A stretch of DNA of 53,342 nucleotides, filler included, from Basidiobolus ranarum (taxonomy: Eukaryota), in the NCBI GenBank assembly GCA_040143965.1. It is 2 parts of 2 records of this genome, joined end to end, with 100 filler letters (N's around TTAATTAATTAA, not from the genome) between each part and the next. Parts side by side here need not be neighbours in the genome. Positions count along the whole stretch, not along the records: positions 26,882 to 53,342 come from JASJQH010007006.1; 1 more part is not named here. One strand, written 5' to 3'. The translations under genes were made by a program, and so were the position numbers. The notes under the pieces are model-generated. The model worked only from the letters and a program-made list of their open reading frames with translations, searched no databases and was not told where the DNA came from. Below, one piece after another: positions 48,638 through 53,342 of the stretch; the first letter of the stretch is position 1; the number at the start of each line of letters is the position of its first letter.

Positions 48638-49559
48638 GTTCACTAGGACAACTTGGTACTTGACTCGGAGCTGAGTATTCTCTATGTGAGATTTTCTTGG
48701 TTCACATTTTGGTTGGTATTTTGAACAACGCTTTTGAGAAATAAGATTTGATACATTTTCTTTACGCAGCTCATGGTTATTTATGAATGTACTTTTTGTA
48801 TCTAGCTTCAAGTATATTTGAATTTTGCATTTTCCCAGCAGATATCCTACATCTTTTCTTTCTTGGTGCTCACCACTTCTTGTAAATCTTTCATATCATT
48901 TTTGGATAGCTCACACCCATTGTCAGTTACCCCTTCTACTAGTCTTTTACAATCTTTGAATCTTGCTTACTTGGCCGAGTGTTATGTGCGTTTATATAGT
49001 TTACTCTTGGGCTTTAGTCGTAACAAAGTTACATTCACCTTGATTGATTCCGTTCTTTATTAAATGTCTGTTGGTAGAAGCACTCGAACAATTACTTGGC
49101 ACCATATCGAAGCCTATTGTTACAAGAATTTCTTGCCTTAGCTACTGTCAATCAAAACAGAGCCTTTAACAAACGTACCACGTTTACAGACTTGCAATTC
49201 TATGATATCTGCTACATTAGCACTTGGCACATAATATAGTCGATCACTAATGAAATTCTATATAGAAATAATATTTATAGATCGATGGTTTGAAAGTTAC
49301 TGGTTAGCAGTCAATATAAGTAGAGACACTGAGTTACAAAGTGGCTTATTAAATGTGCGGGGAATAATCTTGAATGCAACTAGCTCTCGAAATCCAGTAA
49401 AAATTGAATCCAACCTCATACAGCTTTTAGAAAATGACGTGACTGCTTCAGGAAAAGTGGATGATTTGTTGGGGGATGATAGTTTTCATTAAAATTAAAG
49501 ATTGATTTCGGTTCATCAACTTTCTACTTGGTTTTTCGCTAAGAATTTCTTAAGCTAGT

Positions 49560-52091
49560 ATGTCCCAACCAACGAGGCTACCCTCGGACAATCCGAAAAA
49601 GGAACCAAGATCTTTAACCTCAGATGTGTGGAGACCTTTAAGCGCTTTAGCTAATACTGCATCTTTAGTCATGTCACCTTTAACCAACTCCATTCTGTCT
49701 TCAACCTTGGTTACTTCTTCTGGTTGGTCCAATAAATCCGATACACACCACCAAACTCTACGCTTCTTGATGACTAAAAACCCAACAAGAAAACTAGATT
49801 CCAAATTTGAATTAGGAAAAACTACCGATAATTTGTTACTAGGAGGATTGTCAAATAACGATACGGAAACCGGTGGAATGTCTCTATTTGAAGGATTTCA
49901 AGCTGGTTTAAGTGAAAATTTGAAAGAAACTGCAGAAACCCCCTTAACAACACCTAAAAAACATCGTCGTCGTGGTAAAAAAACGGTGGAGGATAGCGGT
50001 GAATCGTCTGGTCAACCCAAAGCGAAAGGTTAGATAACACCTACCTAATTAGTAATTCTTGGAATTTGTTAATGATCTTGTTAAACTAGCAGGTAACACC
50101 TCTCTTATCTGTAACGATCTTGAGTATGAACTAGACCAGACTGTATCCGAAATCGAGAGCACTAAAGATAAAAAGGTATATATGTGACTTCTCTCACTGG
50201 AGACCATATTTTCTTTAACTTTATGTTCCTTTGATAATACAGAAACGTATACGCGAAGAGATTGAAAAGATCGACAATTTGATAGATGAATTGACGTCAA
50301 AAAAAGAAAACTTTCTTCTTCAGTTAGTGAAAGTTGAAAAGCAGGAAAAGAAGGCCGAAGGGTTATGTAATATTTCATTCATCTAATGATTACGCATCTT
50401 TTCTCAGCACTTACATTTTGCTACAAAGTAACGGACCTTCAAGATAAAATCGCACTTTTTGCTGACGAAGAATTGGAGACTGAGATTCCTACTCCCGAAG
50501 CTGATGGTAGCTTAACTACTCTTCATTTACAAACAAACTTGATATTGAACAAAAGTCTACTTAGATTCTTCAGAATCCGTCAATGATGCCAAGCAAATTA
50601 CTTATGGAACTGTTAAAAAGGTGAGTTTCCAAAACCAATATTTAGTAGCTGCATTCTTACCAACTCCTTGTAGTCATTATATGGCCACGACAATACCGTT
50701 ACCTGCATAGATTTTGACCTAACCAGTGGATTATTAGTCTCGGGATCTACTGATACCACAGTTAAAGTCTGGGACTTGAATAATTATGAGTGCATTAGAA
50801 CGATTCAAGGCCATAATGGTAATCTCATAGATGTATTGTTCTTGGAACTATTTATTAATTATCTTTGCAGACATCATTCGATGTGTACAGGTTCAAGATC
50901 ACATCTTAGCCACCGGCTCCAACGATGGAACCGTATGTATCTGGAACCTTTCCATTTCTCCTGTGGTCTCCAATGACCAACCTCCTTCGGAGAATACCGA
51001 GGAGAATGTATCGACTTCTGGCAATGCTTCTGACCCAGAGATCAACAACTCAGAGCTTGCCGCTGCCCCCCAAGCTCCAGTTCAGGAATACTTCCATGGA
51101 GACCCTTCCTGCATGAATGTTATTGCAGGCCATAACGACGCAATTTGTTGTCTACAGTTTGGAAATAACACATTGGTATGTTCACATTCAACATCAGATA
51201 GAAAGAAGAGAAAACTAAACAAACAATCGGGCATTCTTCCTCCATTAACCGCATAGGTCACTGGTTCTGCAGATAAAACCATGAAGCAATGGGACATGGA
51301 AACCGGGCAATGCATCATGGACATGGATATTTTATGGAACATGAAGGGAAGCAACTATAGCATGTGGAGTAGCGTCGGTGATGAATATGGAGTTGGTGGG
51401 TTTGTCGGGGCACTGAAATTCTGGAAGTATGCTCTAATAAGTGGCACTGCTGATGGCGCCCTTCGCATGTGGGACTGTATCCTTTTATGAACAACTATCT
51501 AGTTCTCTCTAACAAATAAGTTTCATGAAGCCTTGACTAATTTCTAGTACGTACCGGCCAAACACATCGCACACTATCTGGTCATTCTGGTAAGCTAATC
51601 ACCTCACACATAACCTATCCACCGATACTGAGCGTGAAACACTTGATTTAGCACCCATCACCACCCTGGAATTTGATAGCAACTACATTTTTAGTGGATC
51701 CCTAGACAAAACAATCAGAGTAAGCCAGATATACATCATACCCCTATCCGCGGTCGACATTAACTCGTTGCTTCCTTAAGATCTGGGATATTCGTGCGGG
51801 TAAAACATTCGAAACACTCCACTACGACAACAGCGTAACAAGTCTGCAATATGACAAAGAAAAGATCGTATCCACTGCTGGACAGAATCAAATCCAGGTT
51901 TTTGCACTTTACTCTGCTCTGTCAATTCTTTCTAGTTTCTAAATCAAGCTATCTCTCAGGTATATGATCGGATCACCTTCCAACATTCCACTTTCCTGGG
52001 CCATAATCAACCAGCACGTACGGTTCGGATGAAGGAAGATGTGCTAATAAGTGGTGGCAGAGACAATATAGTCAACATCTGGAATCTATAA
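49560..52091 (+). CDS. Mdv1/Caf4-like mitochondrial fission adaptor (N-terminal extension, coiled coil, WD40 repeats), ~11 exons
   Basis: SLFEGFQA motif; coiled coil; WD repeats including VTGSADKTMKQWDMETGQC, GGFVGALKFWKYALISGTADGALRMWD|LRTGQTHRTLSGH; TAA at 52089-52091. Confidence 0.85.
51477..51547 (+). other. U12-type (minor) GT-AG intron in the Mdv1/Caf4-like gene
   Basis: Donor GTATCCTTTT; branch CCTTGAC at 51531-51537, 10 nt before the AG; removal gives RMWD-L-RTGQTHRTL. Confidence 0.88.
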
Positions 52092-52389
52092 GATCCTTTA
52101 CTTCTCATTTCACACCATTACAATCATTCTTGATGTTTCCTCTTTCTTGCGCTACCATAACCCTCTTTCTTGCGCTGTCATAACCCTCTTTACTCATCCT
52201 TAACAATATCTCTTTCATTCAATCAATATATAATGTTCACTTTCATTCATGCCCTTCTATATCTCATACAGACCACTGACAAAGCTCTTATTTATCAAGC
52301 TTATCAACTGTTCCTTTTTTGGGATATTCTTAAAGTAAACTTAGTCACGTGCATTCTGATGACAAAAACAAGCCACCCTAAGACGCCTT

Positions 52390-52906
52390 GGATTGTAAGA
52401 AATTCGCATGGTGAGATATGCAAAGAAATGGCCTTCCCGTAGTTAAGTAACTCGGACATGACCAAATCAGTGGCAGGTGCATTAAGGATACCCCAACAAC
52501 TATGCCCAGTTGCGATATACAAATTCCGGAGAGCACTCCAATAATAGGAGAATGATACTGGAGTTGAGGAAGGTAGCGTGCTTGTTGCCTCATCTAATAC
52601 AGTAGAGAGTGAACCAGCACGCTTTTTCAGTCGTAAGCAAGCCTCATGGTCTGGTAGGATATCGGCCATATTTTCTGGCAGTGGAACTTGATTACTTTCA
52701 CCACACATAAACTATCTCATCAACACCCGGGTAAATTTTCGGGTCTGTACCATCGGATAAATCCAAGAATAAAGCATGTCCAGAGGCTTGGTTGGTGTCA
52801 TTACAATACTGTGCTCGCTCACCATCAATGGGAACATCAAAAATAATCCATCTAGAGTAGTTTTGGTCCAAAGACCCATAACCAATGACAATATATGCAT
52901 CCACAT
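52390..52906 (-). pseudogene. FAD-dependent oxidoreductase (DAO family, TDA3-like) pseudogene, C-terminal half
   Basis: Motifs split over frames: LVMGLWTK / VPIDGERA / HSIVMTPT / GHALF..DPKIYP..IVYV / CGES / QARYLP...PIIG / NLYIATGHSCWGILNAPATDLVMSELL. Confidence 0.8.
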
Positions 52907-53144
52907 AAAAAGGTGTCCATTATGACCAAAATTAGCCTTGATTCTGTTGAAATTAGCATAGCCTAAACACCTATATAGTCATATATAGCTTAGTATTTAG
53001 TTATTCCATATTGAACTAAGATATCACCTCAAGGGGAATTTACTTAGAAGTTATCAGATATACATTTTGATAACTTGTCCTAGAGGCCCCAAACTTTGTA
53101 CACTTGTTCCTGGGACCTTCTTTAACATATTCTACCCGTTTGTT

Positions 53145-53262
53145 TGTTTGTTTACCTCTTGACAAAACTATAAATGACAACTTTCTACTCAATAAATCAA
53201 TAAGTGAAAACCGCCAATTGCTCTAATTCTCCAAACCACTTCCAACAGGCTGCCAAATACTT
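53145..53262 (-). repeat. Dispersed repeat copy B (inverted relative to 26657-26775)
   Basis: Direct alignment by eye with copy A; high but imperfect identity. Confidence 0.85.
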
Positions 53263-53342
53263 TAACAAGTGTATCTCAAAATTCGAGAGATTCTTGATTC
53301 TTAAGTAATACCTAAAAGATACCCCCAATTATTCCATAGTGG

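Noticed and set aside
52140-52191. ~24-bp tandem duplication in the Mdv1-like 3' UTR (similar small duplications at ~34324 and ~45075)
   Set aside because: Two-copy slippage duplications with no evident function.
1-53342. tRNA/rRNA genes, CRISPR arrays, TPP riboswitch, selenocysteine TGA or TGA-CTA readthrough to PTS1
   Set aside because: Looked for by eye and none found; a covariance-model search would be needed to exclude ncRNAs.

Overview
Gene-dense, intron-rich eukaryotic DNA from an early-diverging fungus (Basidiobolus-like; taxon is an inference). It is two contigs joined by an artificial 100-nt spacer (26782-26881). I can reconstruct about 24 protein-coding genes. Several are absent from or fragmented in the ORF track because their exons are short (LMW-PTP, RBM48, RPB5, prefoldin 6). 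Two decayed pseudogenes are present (ribosomal protein eL8; TDA3-like FAD oxidoreductase), as is a ~120-bp dispersed repeat found twice. Strongest signal: a minor (U12) spliceosome system. The minor-spliceosome protein RBM48 is encoded here, and two reading-frame-validated U12-type introns (GTATCCTTT donor, CCTTRAC branch) lie in RPB5 and in an Mdv1/Caf4-like WD40 gene. Other points: an intron-containing DUF262 (GmrSD/ParB-like) gene; a repeat protein whose repeat continues past an in-frame TAG; an intergenic TRAGCCRC (Crz1-like) motif seen 11 times; a structured long 5'-UTR intron in the NAC-beta gene; a GC-AG intron; micro-exons; and a two-finger GATA factor with duplicated intron positions. 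All family assignments are motif recognition by eye; no database searches were run.
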